Assembly: GCA_964016885.1 (NCBI GenBank)
Contig: OZ024754.1
Span: 43,834,001-43,898,000 of the forward strand
Origin: Eledone cirrhosa
Taxonomy: Eukaryota
DNA length: 64,000 bases
Reading direction: 5' to 3'
Part shown: in pieces, positions 14,815 through 27,641 of the stretch
Layout: every line of letters starts with the position of its first letter
How positions within the stretch are numbered: position 1 is the stretch's first letter
The notes under the pieces: model-generated
Database searches by the model: none
The model's input: the letters and a program-made list of their open reading frames with translations, nothing else
Told to the model about the DNA's origin: nothing
Program-made: the position numbers and the translations under genes

Positions 14815-15632
14815 GTATATATATATTTCAGTCATCTACTGTAGTTATTAAGTTCAAACCTTACCTCGGTTTATATACAAAACAAGACAGAAAAATAGTC
14901 CACCATAAACATCAAACTATCCAATTGTCATTTTTTTTTACGAGTAATATATATAGTATATATACATATATATATAGTATATATATATATATATATATAG
15001 TAACTCTGATATTTATGGTGTATTTTTTATGTTATATAGCCGTGCTGGTCTCTTCTGACAAAATAATAATAGTGGTTTATTGGCCACAAGGGCCTAGATG
15101 TAGGGGACAATACAGAGACAGAGAAAGTGGGTGTGATGATAATAATAATTGTTTCTACTTTAGGCACAAGGCCAGCAATTACCCAGTGCATTACTGGTAC
15201 TTTATTTTATCGACCCCGTAAGGATGAAAGGCAAAGTTAGCCTCGGCGGGATTTGAACTCAGATCGTAAAGGGACGTAACTATGCTGGAAAGCATGGCGT
15301 CTGACCCTCCACCGATACTGCCAATCCAATAATAATGATTTCTTTATAGCTACAGGGACGTTAGATAAGAGTTTATTCATATATATATATGATAATTGTT
15401 TATTTATTTTCCATACAATACAAGAGGGAAGATATTAAATGAACCCCTAATATTTAACTGGTATTACTGTTTTCAAATCTGGGGGTTGTCCGGACTAGGG
15501 ATCTCGTTCGGGTTCGGGATACTTTGATCTTTCATCAGTGATTGTATCAGCTTTACTATATATATATAGTAAACTATATTATAGCATATAATATGTATAT
15601 ATACATATACACATATATATACACATACACAT

Positions 15633-15699
<67 letters not shown>

Positions 15700-15914
15700 T
15701 ATGTGTGTAAATATATAAATCAGAATGGATGCAGTAAAAACCAGTTAGATCATTGCTCACAAGAGTACTCAATTCTTGGTGTAGTAGAGTGGGTAATATG
15801 AAAAATTCGGGACCCCAACGGCTGAGCTCCTGCCGTTCGGATCTAACTGTTGAAACGGCAGGAGCTCAGCCGTCGGGGTCCCGATCTTTCATATATATAT
15901 ATATATATGTTTAC

Positions 15915-15950
<36 letters not shown>

Positions 15951-18192
15951 GTAAACTACATTATTGTAACGTTTGCGTCGTCTGTTATTGAATAAATATA
16001 TCTTCAATATTATTATCATTATTGTTGTTATACTTAGATATATACATCAGTATGTTACTATCATATAGTATTATAAATATATATAAATATATATAAATAT
16101 ATATATATACATATATTTATAGTAAAGTGTATTATTGTAAGGTTTGAGTCGTTGGTAGTTCAATAAATATATCCTTAATATGATCATGATCATTGTTATT
16201 TTACTTAGATTATATATCAATATGTTGCTATCATCTCAATCATAATATAAAGACATAAAACCATCTCTGATCTAGTCTCTTCCTAGTTACATTATACACC
16301 ATAATCCTTCCTAATCGAACTACTCTATCGTTGGGCAGTGCGAGAAAATTCCCCTACTTTCTCTCTCTGTCTCAATAAATATATATATGTATATATATAT
16401 ATGTATATATGTATATATTTAACATAGCTCAGTAACAACAAGAGACTGTATATATATATAGACAGATAAATAGGTGTATATATATACATATATACTCACC
16501 AAAGAGCTCCATAATCCTGCAGTTCATGACTATATAATAATATATCTGTCCAACATATGTAAGAGATCTCTCTCTAAACAGGTAAAACACTAAACGCAAC
16601 ACACACACACTCACACCTTAATCACACTCTTTCTCTTTCTCTTTCTATGCTTCTTTCTCTACATTTCTTACTCTTTCTCTCTTTCCCCTCACACTCTTTT
16701 TCTACTTTGTACTTCCTCTTACTATCCCTCTTGCTGTGTAATTGCTGTTTTATCTGCTGTTCCTTCCCCCCTCTGACACTTTGTGTCTCTTTCTCTCACA
16801 CACCCTCTCTAGTCCTTTCTCTCTCTCTCTCTCTCTCTCACACACCCTCTTCCATACACCCTCTCTCTCTCTCTTGGTCTATCTCTCCCACACACCCTCT
16901 CTCTCTTGGTCTATCTCTCCCACACACCCTCTCTCTCTTGGTCTATTTCTCTATCACATCTCCCTCCAACTATATTACTCTGTAGTTAATGAGAAAATCT
17001 CTAGGCCGTCACTTGGCCCGCTAGACATAGTAGCCAAATTCCCTTTAAAAAAGATGGAAGGACAGAGACACTGGGTGGTGTTGTCCTCAATGTAATAAAA
17101 CGGACGTGGTGGTCATGCCTGGAACAACTTTACACGTAAGTCTTCTCGGTTAGAAGACACGGGTTAACCCCCCCCCCCCCCTCTCTCTCTCTTCACACGT
17201 ACATTTTAGTCTTTCTTTATGTTTGTCTTTCACCCTCCCTTGCCGAGTCACTATATTTCTATTTACTTCCATTTCTATCGTTACCTCCACATTCTGTGCA
17301 GTATGTCTTCCTCCTTCTCTCTCTCCCATCCTTTCTTGCTGATTCTCACTTTCTCTCTTTTTCTTTCCTGTTACTTCTCACTTTCTCTCTCTCTCTCTCT
17401 CATTCTTTGCTGTTGCTTCTCACTCACTCTCTCTCTCTCGCTGATTCTCACTTTCTCTCTCTCCATATGCTTCTCTCTATGTGTGACAGAGAGACAGATG
17501 TTTCTTTCTTAATCTCTCTCTCTCTCTTTCTTAGTATATATAATTCCCCATCTCCGTATACTTTTCTCGAAGTATGTGAGAGAGAAAGAAAGAGAGGTTA
17601 CATTATTTCTTAATCTCTCTCTATCGCTATTTCTTAATATTTCTCTCTCGATCTATCTATCTCCATTAATTCTCCTTTCAAATACACTTTCTCTCACACA
17701 TTTCTCTCCCTTGTGTTACGCACTCTTTTCTCTTCTTCACAGACACGCCCTCTGCCGTTTACATACATTCACACACGTGCTCCGTCAAATAAGACACGCA
17801 ATCTTCCACTTACTCACTAATAGACACTATCTCTCTCACACATTCTCCAAATTTACTCTCTCTCGCTGACATACCCTCTCCCATTCATCGCTATTTACTC
17901 ACTACCTTTACCACTGATCAAATTCTATTTACACCCACCCACCACCAACAGAAACACGGCAAAAGTAACGAACGGTCATCGTGAAATATATGGAAGCACA
18001 CAATTATTGTAGTAAATAAATTTGGCATTGCGCTGTTTTTTCTGTTCCAAATTGATTTCTATTTTTTATTTTATTATATTATTAAATTTAGTTATATGAA
18101 TTTATCAAGAGCCAGCGACCTGGTTTCAGATTCACAATTATAATGTTTCTCTTTATTTGGGTGTCCAGTGTCCTTGGGAGTAGAGGAACGGA

Positions 18193-18271
<79 letters not shown>

Positions 18272-18292
18272 TCAATAAAAACACCAGAATTT

Positions 18293-18352
18293 TTTCATTC
18301 TGACGGCTGAAAGCAGATTTGTTTGCTTTCAAGAAACCACTGGTAAATGAAA
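18293..18352 (+). ncRNA. Type I hammerhead ribozyme, A9G core variant
   Basis: TTTCATT-CTGACGG-C[TGAAAGCA/TGCTTTCA]A-GAAA-CCACTGG-TA-AATGAAA. Stem I has 7 perfect bp, stem II has 8 bp, stem III is ACCA/TGGT. Confidence 0.7.
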
Positions 18353-18405
18353 TAATTATCTTATGTTGTTTATTACATAACTATATATATATACATAATA
18401 TAGAA

Positions 18406-18460
18406 ATAGCTTCTACAGGGCTAGAACTATTTCATTCGGGAGAAATCATCAGGAAGCCAT
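18406..18460 (-). ncRNA. Type I hammerhead ribozyme
   Basis: ATGGCTTC-CTGATGA-TTTCTCCCGAAT-GAAA-TAGTTCTAGCCCTG-TA-GAAGCTAT. Stem I has 8 bp, the core is canonical and the cleavage triplet is GUA. Confidence 0.78.
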
Positions 18461-18752
18461 ATTGAGTACCTTACTGTTGTTACCCCCAATTGAACCGGGG
18501 ATAAACTTATATATATATATAAAGAAGTTGACGCACCCAGCATAGGTATCAGTGCAAGGACCAGTTATATATATATATATAAAGCAATTGTGGTGAAATA
18601 ACTAAATAGCCCAAATCAGTCTGTCTGACTCAGCCGTACTGTCATTTCTTTACAACTACCTTACAGTGTGTATTTATTGGATATATAAGAGAAAAGTCAA
18701 CAATACAAGAAAGAAAACAAGACAGTACAATCATCATCATCATCATCATCAT

Positions 18753-20201
18753 TTTACGTCCGCTTTTCCCTGCTTGCAAGGGTGGGACGGGTCTTATTCA
18801 CGTCACGGTCCTTCGTCATCTCCACCATGAGCTTCAATGATCTGAGGTCTGTTCTCACCACCTCCACCCATGTTTTTCGTGGTCTACCTCTACCACGTCT
18901 TCCTTCAACTGGCATTTCCTGGCACTTCTTCACCCATCGGTCATCCTCCATGCGCATCACATGTCCATACCACCTCAGTCTCCTCTCCCGTACACTACAT
19001 TCTATCCCTCTCAGACACAGTTTCTCTCTCAACACATTTATGCTGGGTCGTTCACGCACATTTACACTGCACATCCAACAGAGCATGCTTGCCTCATTTC
19101 TCTCCAGCCGTCGCATATCCTCTGCAGTTGCTGCCCATGTTTCACTACCATGCAGCATCGCGCTCCTCACACAGGCATCATACAACCGGCCTTTCGTATG
19201 CAGGGAGAAACCCTTCTTCAACAGCAGAGGAAGCAGCTCCCTAAACTTCTTCCAACCCGTCTTTATTCTAGATACTATGGCCTCGGAACACCCTCCTCCC
19301 ATGCTAATCTGATCTCCTAGGTACCGGAAGCTATCCACCACTTCTATAGCGCCCTCCTGGATTTGAAAAATGTGTGTATCAATGCGACTTCTACTGTCTA
19401 ATTTCCCTGTACGTCTACTGCATGCATATTTCTCCCTACCTGTTAGTTTGCCTGCTATCCCGCTACATCTCTTGTGTACCCAGGATCTGCATTATGTGCA
19501 TTTTATAGAAGTTATACCAGTTCCTTTTCTGCATATCAAACATGGCCATTTCCCTGACGGAATCAGAGTTTTGTCCTCTTTTCTACTCATCAACACTTTT
19601 GTCTTAGCTAGGTTCACTCTCAGTCCTCTTGCTTCCAACTGCTGTTTCCATAGCCAGAATTTATTCTCTAGCTCCTCTACTGATTCTGCTATAAGAACCA
19701 GATCGTCAGCATAGAGAAGTTCCCATGGACAGCCAGTCTTGAACTCCTCTGTTATGGCTTGGAGGACTATAATGAACAAGAGCGGGCTGAGGACCGAACC
19801 TTGATGTACTCCTACTTGTATCTGGAATTCCTCACTAAACTCCATTCCTACCCTGACTTTACTGAGAGTACCTCTGTACAAAGTTTGCACTGTCCTCACA
19901 AGCCATTCCTCAACACCTAGCTTCCTTAGGGAGCACCAGATGACAGATCGGGGTACCCTATCAAAGGCCTTCTCTAGGTCAACAAAGTATAGTGGCTTAT
20001 TTTTCTCTAAGAACCTCTCTTGCAATTGTCTCCCCAAGAAGAGGGCATCTGTTGTACTCTTCCCAGGCACAAAACCAAACTGCATCTCATCTAATTTGAC
20101 CCTTTCTCTAATAAGTTGTGCTAATATCCTTTCTGCCACTTTCATAACCTGATCCATCAGTTTTATACCCCTATAATTGCTCCTCTCCAGAGCATCCCCT
20201 T
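18753..20201 (-). mobile_element. RTE-clade LINE, 5'-truncated and disrupted; RT plus C-terminal region, (GAT)n tail
   Basis: QFGFVPGKSTTDA, FVDLEKAFDRVPR, GVHQGSVLSPLLF, LLYADD, FRYLG, RRLRWYGHVMR and RGRPRKTW motifs. (CAT)n tail at 18731-18752. Confidence 0.93.
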
Positions 20202-22412
20202 TGATGATATATATTAATTTAACGCTTCCTATAGTAGGAAAAGTCTGAATGTTTTAGACGTTAGTCCTTCATCAGAAGATAAAATGAGAGAAGAAAAAAG
20301 TAAAATAGAAAAGTAGCTGAGAGTAAGAAAAGAAAGTGGAAGGAATGTCTGGAAGAAAACTTGTGTGTAGTTTAATTAATTGGTGTTAGTGCAACCAACA
20401 CTTGTTGCTTTCTAAATATTTGTTTGTCTGAGGGGTTTTTTTTTATTATTTACCAAACAACACTGTCCAGGAAGTGGGTCAGCTAATATGTCATTTCAAA
20501 TAAACAAACAAACAAAGAGTTCTATAAAATGAAACAATGGCTTTATCAGTGTAATACTTTAGTCAATGACAAAGTACAGACACTATCTAGTAAGTGTATC
20601 TGTTACTTAAGTTGTCTGCTGTGGATAACAAAAATACCTTTAGATATGAGTCAATAAGACAGCGTTTATATAATCACCTTACTAGTATGTATGTATGGTC
20701 CTATAACTCCTGATAGAGTAGTAATGGCGCCGTATTGGCATACAGCGTTTCTTGGGCATTTCAAGCCTGGTGGAGTCATCTCTCTCCAGGCCTGAGTACA
20801 ACAGATTTCTTCCAGAGAAAGATAGAAACTGAGAGAGAGGAAATGAGAAAGAGATATGGAGGAACATTCAACCACAGTACTTGACTGGTTCTTTTTTTAT
20901 TGACCTTCAATGGATGAAAGGCAAAGTTGAACTCAGAAAGCAGAGAGCTGGAACGAATACTTTGTGGTATTCATTTCACTTTCGTATGTGAGGGTTTTTG
21001 TTTTCTTTAGACACAAATTCAACCCTCATCAATCACATCTAAAAGATGTTCCGGCCATGACTAAACTGTTTCTTTTTGGGAAGAGGCTATGTAGCCAGTC
21101 CAAGTAAAATAGACTCCCAGGCTATTTAGCCGGTAAGATTGTCAGACATCATGATTTGCGGCTCGAGTTAAGACAATTTGAAATCTTTTCCACCATCAAT
21201 TGTTAAAAAAACAAGTTAAAATCATTTAGTCATCATTTTATTATAATTCTGCTTGTGTTTAGTCTATTTGTAACTTAAGTTATGCTTTAGTTATATACAC
21301 ACACATCTACTGAGTTCACTACACACACACACATCTACTGAGTTACATACATACATATCTACTGGGTTACATACACACACACATCTACTGGGTTACATAC
21401 ACACACATCTATTGAATTCCATGGCTTAAGAATGTTAACAAGAGTCAAATATATTCGAAATTAAGAATTTAAGCAAAATTAAATATTTTCAAAATCAAGA
21501 ATTTCAGCAGAATGTCAAATATTTTCGAAATTAAAAATTTTAACAGAATCAAATATTTTTGAAATTAAGAATTTTAGGAGAAAGTCACAACCTGGGTTAA
21601 AGATAGTAGACTCTACCAGGGTTCTAAAATACTATTTAATATCTAATCGTAAAATAAGCTTCCAGGGCCCTGGCTAGAGTTGTGTCCCTTAATGGTTTAC
21701 CGGTAAAATAAGGTTAAAAAGCATGTTTGTCTATTTTGCCGGGATCAGCTTTGTAGCCTATTCCTTCTTTTTTTTTATTTTCTTCAGTCATCTTTTTTTA
21801 GGGCTACATTATTCAAGTGTGAAGGCACATGGCTTCACCCTTTCATGACTATATTTCTAATGAAATACAGTTTCAATTAACTAATGAAGAATTTTGAGGG
21901 ATTTACTAAAATTATTAATTATTTCATTTCTAAGATAGTAACTTAATGTAGGGTTCTTATATAAAATTATGTTGATAGATCTTAATTTAAATTGGAAACC
22001 TTTCAAATGAGTGGTTTTATTTCATAGAACCAGAACCAGTTTTGGCTGGGTTGTAACTAAAGGTTAAATAGTTAAGGGTTTCAGCTAATTCATAAAGTTA
22101 TGAGTTCGATTCTTGGCAGTACATTGTGTCCTTGAGCAAGACCTTTATTTCACGTTGCTCCAGTCAACTCAGCTGGCAAAATTGAGTCGTACCAGTAATT
22201 CCAAGGGCCAGGCTTGTCAGACATTGTGCTAGTTCTTCCTGGGATCTATACTAAGGATACACATGGTTGTGGAATGCTCAGCCACTTGCATGTTAATTTC
22301 GTGAGCATGCTGTTAACCCTTTACCATTTACATTATTCTCTATATACTATTGTATTTTTGTGGTAACGGCTTTATCTTACATAATTATCTCACATAATAT
22401 TATTAATAATTA

Positions 22413-22444
<32 letters not shown>

Positions 22445-23523
22445 TTAGGGCGGTGGATTGGCAGTATTGGTAGAGGGTCGGACGCCATGCTTTCCAGCAT
22501 AGTTACGTCCCTTTGCGGTCTGAGTTCAAATCCCGCCGAGCTTAACTTTGCCTTTCATCCTTACGGGGGTCGATAAAATAAAGTACCAGTAATGTACTGG
22601 GTAATTTATGGCATTGTGCCAAAAGTAGAAACAATTATTATTATAATATTTAATCTATGATATTTTGATGTTATTTATTTTGAGAACAATACCTTAATAT
22701 AAGTATGAGCAGCTAGTTACAGCTGGTTAAAACAGAAAGAGGTGAGAGAATTGTGTCCGGATATGACCGGTTTAAATGCTAATCAAACAACATCATTGAA
22801 ACACTCTGACCATAGTATTTAGAAAGGGCTCTTCAATAACAACAATACATTCTTGTTAGTTTGGGAGAAAACTTACTGAAGGAAAAGTTATGATGAAAAC
22901 AATTTCAACAATTCAACTAATCCTGTTCCAACATACATCCTGTGTAGGCAGAACATTTCTTCTTGTGTCTGTGTGTCACAATGGCATTGTTAGGTTTTAG
23001 ATGACAATGGTAACATTGGAGTGTCAGGAAGTGACAAAGGGAACTTTCTAGATATATCTAAGGACTTAAGAGAGAAAGGAGACCTGGTATTGGAGAGGTA
23101 TGGTCTGATCAAAGGAATTTTCTAGAATATATCCAAGGATAAAGAAGGCCTGATATTGGAGAGGTATGGTGGTGGTGGAAGTGGTGGTGGTGATATGTTA
23201 ATATAGTTGAGATCAACTATGATTTAAAATTGGGAGCTTTAAACCTTTTACCATTTACATTACTCTATATATATTATTGTATTTTCACACTAAAGGCTTT
23301 ACTTCACATAATATCTCACATAATATCGAATCTATAAGATTTTGATGTCATTTATTTTGAGACCAATAGCAAGTTCTGGCTGGTTTGAACAGAAAGAGGT
23401 GAGAGAATTCTGGTCAGATATGGCAGGTTTAAATGCTAAGTATTTGAAAATACTACCACCACCACCACCACCACCACTACTAATACTACACTCCTCCATA
23501 CTACCACCATTGCCACTACTACT

Positions 23524-23555
<32 letters not shown>

Positions 23556-24107
23556 CACTACTACTACCACCACCACTACTACCACTACCTCTACTACTAC
23601 TACTACCACTACTACTACCACCACCACTACTACCACTACCTCTACTACTACTACTACTACTACTACTACAGATTAATCAACCTTGATGATTTCATCAGAT
23701 TAAATCTATTCCTAATCTAATTGTTGCATTAGACTTATCTACTTATATATATATCCCTCATGTGTATATATCCCCCACTGATATATATATATATATATCT
23801 CACACATATATCCTTCCCATAGATATCATCATCATCATCGTTTTACGTCTATCTTCCACATTAGCATGGGTTAGACAGGAATTGTCCCACTTGAAGCAAG
23901 ATTGGTTGGGTGACCATGTCTCGCTCGTATAGGACTATCTGGCAGATTTTCTACGGCTGGAGGCCCTTCCTAACACCAACCACATTTACAGCGTGGACTG
24001 ACACCTACACGACCTCATTAGTTTGGACTGGATGTTGAGGTACCAATATATTATATCCCACATATATCCCCCACCTATATATATCCTATCCCTCACACAC
24101 ACACATA

Positions 24108-24500
24108 TATCATCATCATTTTTACATCCATTTTTTAACATTTGCATGGGTTGGATGAGTCCTTCTCAGCACAGCATCTCTCCACTCGTCACATTCCTTC
24201 GTCATCTCCTCAGCAAGTCTTAGCAATTTAAGATCAGCTCTCACCACCTCCACCAAGGTCTTGCTTGGCCTTCCTCTGCTCCGCCTTCCTTCAATGGGAT
24301 TTCCTGGCATTTCTTCAACCAGTCTATACCAACACAGTTTTCTCTCCTCCACACCATCTCAGATTCCTCTTAAACCCAGCTTCTCCCTTAGTTTGTCTAA
24401 GCTCCTCCTTTCTCTCACACTTACATTACACATCTAAGCAAGGTTGCTTCATTTCTCTCCAGTCTACACATGTCCTCTGCTATCACAGCCCAAGTTTCAC
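24108..24500 (-). mobile_element. Degenerate RTE LINE 3' fragment
   Basis: EGRRSRGRPSKT...WRDAVL, with a (GAT)n tail. Confidence 0.8.
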
Positions 24501-24553
24501 AGTATATATCTACAGTCTTATTATATATCAGTACAGTACACACACACACACAT

Positions 24554-24611
<58 letters not shown>

Positions 24612-24744
24612 GTAGAAGTTATATTTAATTTGTTGGGATACAACAAGCAAATATTTTTATAACTGATATAAAGCACTCAACAAATTTTTGGAGTAAAAAT
24701 ACAAAATATTAACAAATGGAAACTATATTTATAAAACCATATTT

Positions 24745-24807
24745 ATTTCATTATACATATTTCAAGGACACCAAAGCAAATTATGGTGCGCTTTCATCAG
24801 ATAAAAT
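24745..24807 (-). ncRNA. Type I hammerhead ribozyme (left arm of palindrome)
   Basis: Exact reverse complement of 24893-24955. Confidence 0.75.
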
Positions 24808-24892
24808 ATAATATAGATCAGTTTTATAGACAAATATTGTCGCATTCTTTAAGAGTATGTCAATATTTGTTTATAAAACTGATCTATATTAT

Positions 24893-24955
24893 ATTTTATC
24901 TGATGAAAGCGCACCATAATTTGCTTTGGTGTCCTTGAAATATGTATAATGAAAT
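24893..24955 (+). ncRNA. Type I minimal hammerhead ribozyme (right arm of palindrome)
   Basis: ATTTTAT-CTGATGA-AAGCGCACCA...TGGTGTCCTT-GAAA-TATGTA-TA-ATGAAAT. Stem I has 7 bp, stem II about 9 bp, and stem III is the self-complementary ATATGTAT. Confidence 0.75.
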
Positions 24956-24994
24956 AAATATGGTTTTATAAATATAGTTTCCATTTGTTAATAT

Positions 24995-25064
<70 letters not shown>

Positions 25065-26851
25065 TACAGTCTTATTCATTATATAAATTGTATTAACAAT
25101 GTGATATTGATAAATTATAACTGACAAACTCTGATGATATTAAAAATGTTTTGAATAAAAAAAGGTTAAGCAGTGGTAAAGAATAAAGGAAGAAAGAGGA
25201 TTATGGATAAATGGTAAGAATAGAATCAAGAATATTAATAGAAAACATTTATACAATAATTTTGGATAGAGACAAAATAATTATGATGGAATTTGAAAAA
25301 ATAATATACTGTAGATGAAATTGGTTATACAAGGGAGATAACCAGTGCATGATATGAACATAAAATACTCAGAAGAGATAGGTCCATAACTAGATATTTG
25401 ATTCTAATTTTGGCACAAGGCCAGCAATTATCGCAGTGCATTACTGGTACTTTATTTTATCGACGCCGTAACGATGAAAGGCAAAGTTAACTTCGGCGCG
25501 ATTAGAACTCAGACCGTAAACGGTCGTAACTCTGTGCTGTAAAGCCTGGCGTCCGACCCTCTAGCGATACTGCTGCCCAGTGAGTTAATACTATATGAAA
25601 CTTAAGATTAATGAACGAAGAAATAGTGAATTATGGCGCTAATAATCTTTCCTGTTGCAAATAAAGAGTGAAAGTCTTCTCAATTCCCACCACTTTCTTT
25701 TTTTTTTTTTTTCCTAATACCGTATAAAGGTGGAGAATTGACAGTTATTAGAATGTCGGATAGAGGAAAGTGGCGATTCTCGCGAGGGCGCTTGGTTGTT
25801 CCAGCGTATCAAGCTGCCAGTGTGCTGGCTTGCCCTCAAAAATCATTAGAGAGGTTGCCCAGTACTCCTCGCGATATTGCTGTCTTTTGCTCTGGTGTTG
25901 GCTCAGTTGTTCACCCCTTCCTTTAAAGGAGTATATCCTTCTGAAAGAATCGCGAGCAATTTATAATGTTATCTAAGCATTTGTAATGTTATTTATGTAT
26001 ATATTTAAGACATATTTGTTATGTTATTCTACTGTAAATTTATCTATATGCTTCGTTACGACTCTCTGGGTTCCAATCCCGCTAAAGCCGACTTTGCCTT
26101 TTATCCATTCAAGGTCGATAAAATACCAGTCATGTACTGGGGTCGATTCTTCTTCTACATTTCTTTCTCTTTCTATCTTTCTCTGGAAGAAATCTACTGT
26201 ATTCAGTCCTTAAGAGGAGATGGACTTCGCCAGGTTTTAAAAATGCACTAGAAACGCCGTGTGACAATGTGGCGTCCCTACGCCTTCCTTGGGAGTTACG
26301 GGACCATACATATATCTTAAGAGTTGTTACAATAATATTTCTAGTTCACAACAAACTGAAGTTTGTTTGTTTGTTTTATATTAAAGGATTAAACTGAACA
26401 TTATTAACAGGAAATTTCAAGATGATTGCTTGATATGGTGACCATGTCTTGCTCATACATAACTGATTTGGGCTTGATTTCTATAGCTGGGTGCCTTTCC
26501 TAGTGCCAACCTCATTTACAGTGAGTACTGGGTAGTTTTTGTCGTAACACCTACACAACCACTTTACAGTGATGGTGCCACGAAAATACCACTGGTACAT
26601 CCTGTAAAGTGGTTGGTGATAGGAAAGGCACCACGGTGTGAAAAAAAAAAAAAAAAAAAAAAAAACATGCCTCAAAGGGTTAAGAAGACTCCTCGGTTAT
26701 GTCAGACATGATAACCTCACTAGTGCTGGTGCGACGGTAAAATGTACTTGACAGAACGTGGGGCCATATGTAAGCAAGATACTAATTCCCAGCTTGTCTG
26801 GGAGGTCAGTAGCTCCACTTGAATATTCACAGGGAAAATGATCGTTAAATG

Positions 26852-26939
<88 letters not shown>

Positions 26940-27122
26940 AACGAAGAAACAAAGAAACAATTCCTTATATTAAAAAAATTCATCATATATATATATATAC
27001 ACACATAACTATATACACGTATGTGTATATATATATGTAAATATATATATATATATATATACATAAGCATGTGTATAATATATAAGCATATGTATATATA
27101 AGTATATATATATAATACTCAT

Positions 27123-27197
<75 letters not shown>

Positions 27198-27641
27198 AAT
27201 AGATATGCCAAGCACTTCACCTTCAACAATATCGAAGCCATATTTAAAGACAGTGTGGTTAGAAAATACGTAACTAACTTTTCATACATTTATATTACAT
27301 TTTTTCAAGAATCCGTTTTAATTACTATAATTACAATAGAAATAATTTTCGTAATATTTTCTTTCTGATTTAATTTTCTAAAACTGTAAAGTCATAATCT
27401 CCTGGACTTTGAAATGTATCTTACTAAACTATGTAGTGTTATAGAATCTGTGTTAATGTCTGGTGCTTGTCAGGCATCAACGATGAAGAAGATATCTGAT
27501 CGACCTCAGCAAATATACCACAATTACCACTTAAACCCTTAACAAAACCACTCAGGTGTGATAATAATGCGCCGCACACAATGACTGTGTCGTTGTTTAA
27601 AGCAGGTGTTTCGAACTGGAAGTGTTAATGTGGTCGAAAGT

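Noticed and set aside
18782-19714. Plus-strand ORFs of 114-176 aa over the LINE (and 36731-37466 on minus)
   Set aside because: They are antisense shadows of the RTE ORF.
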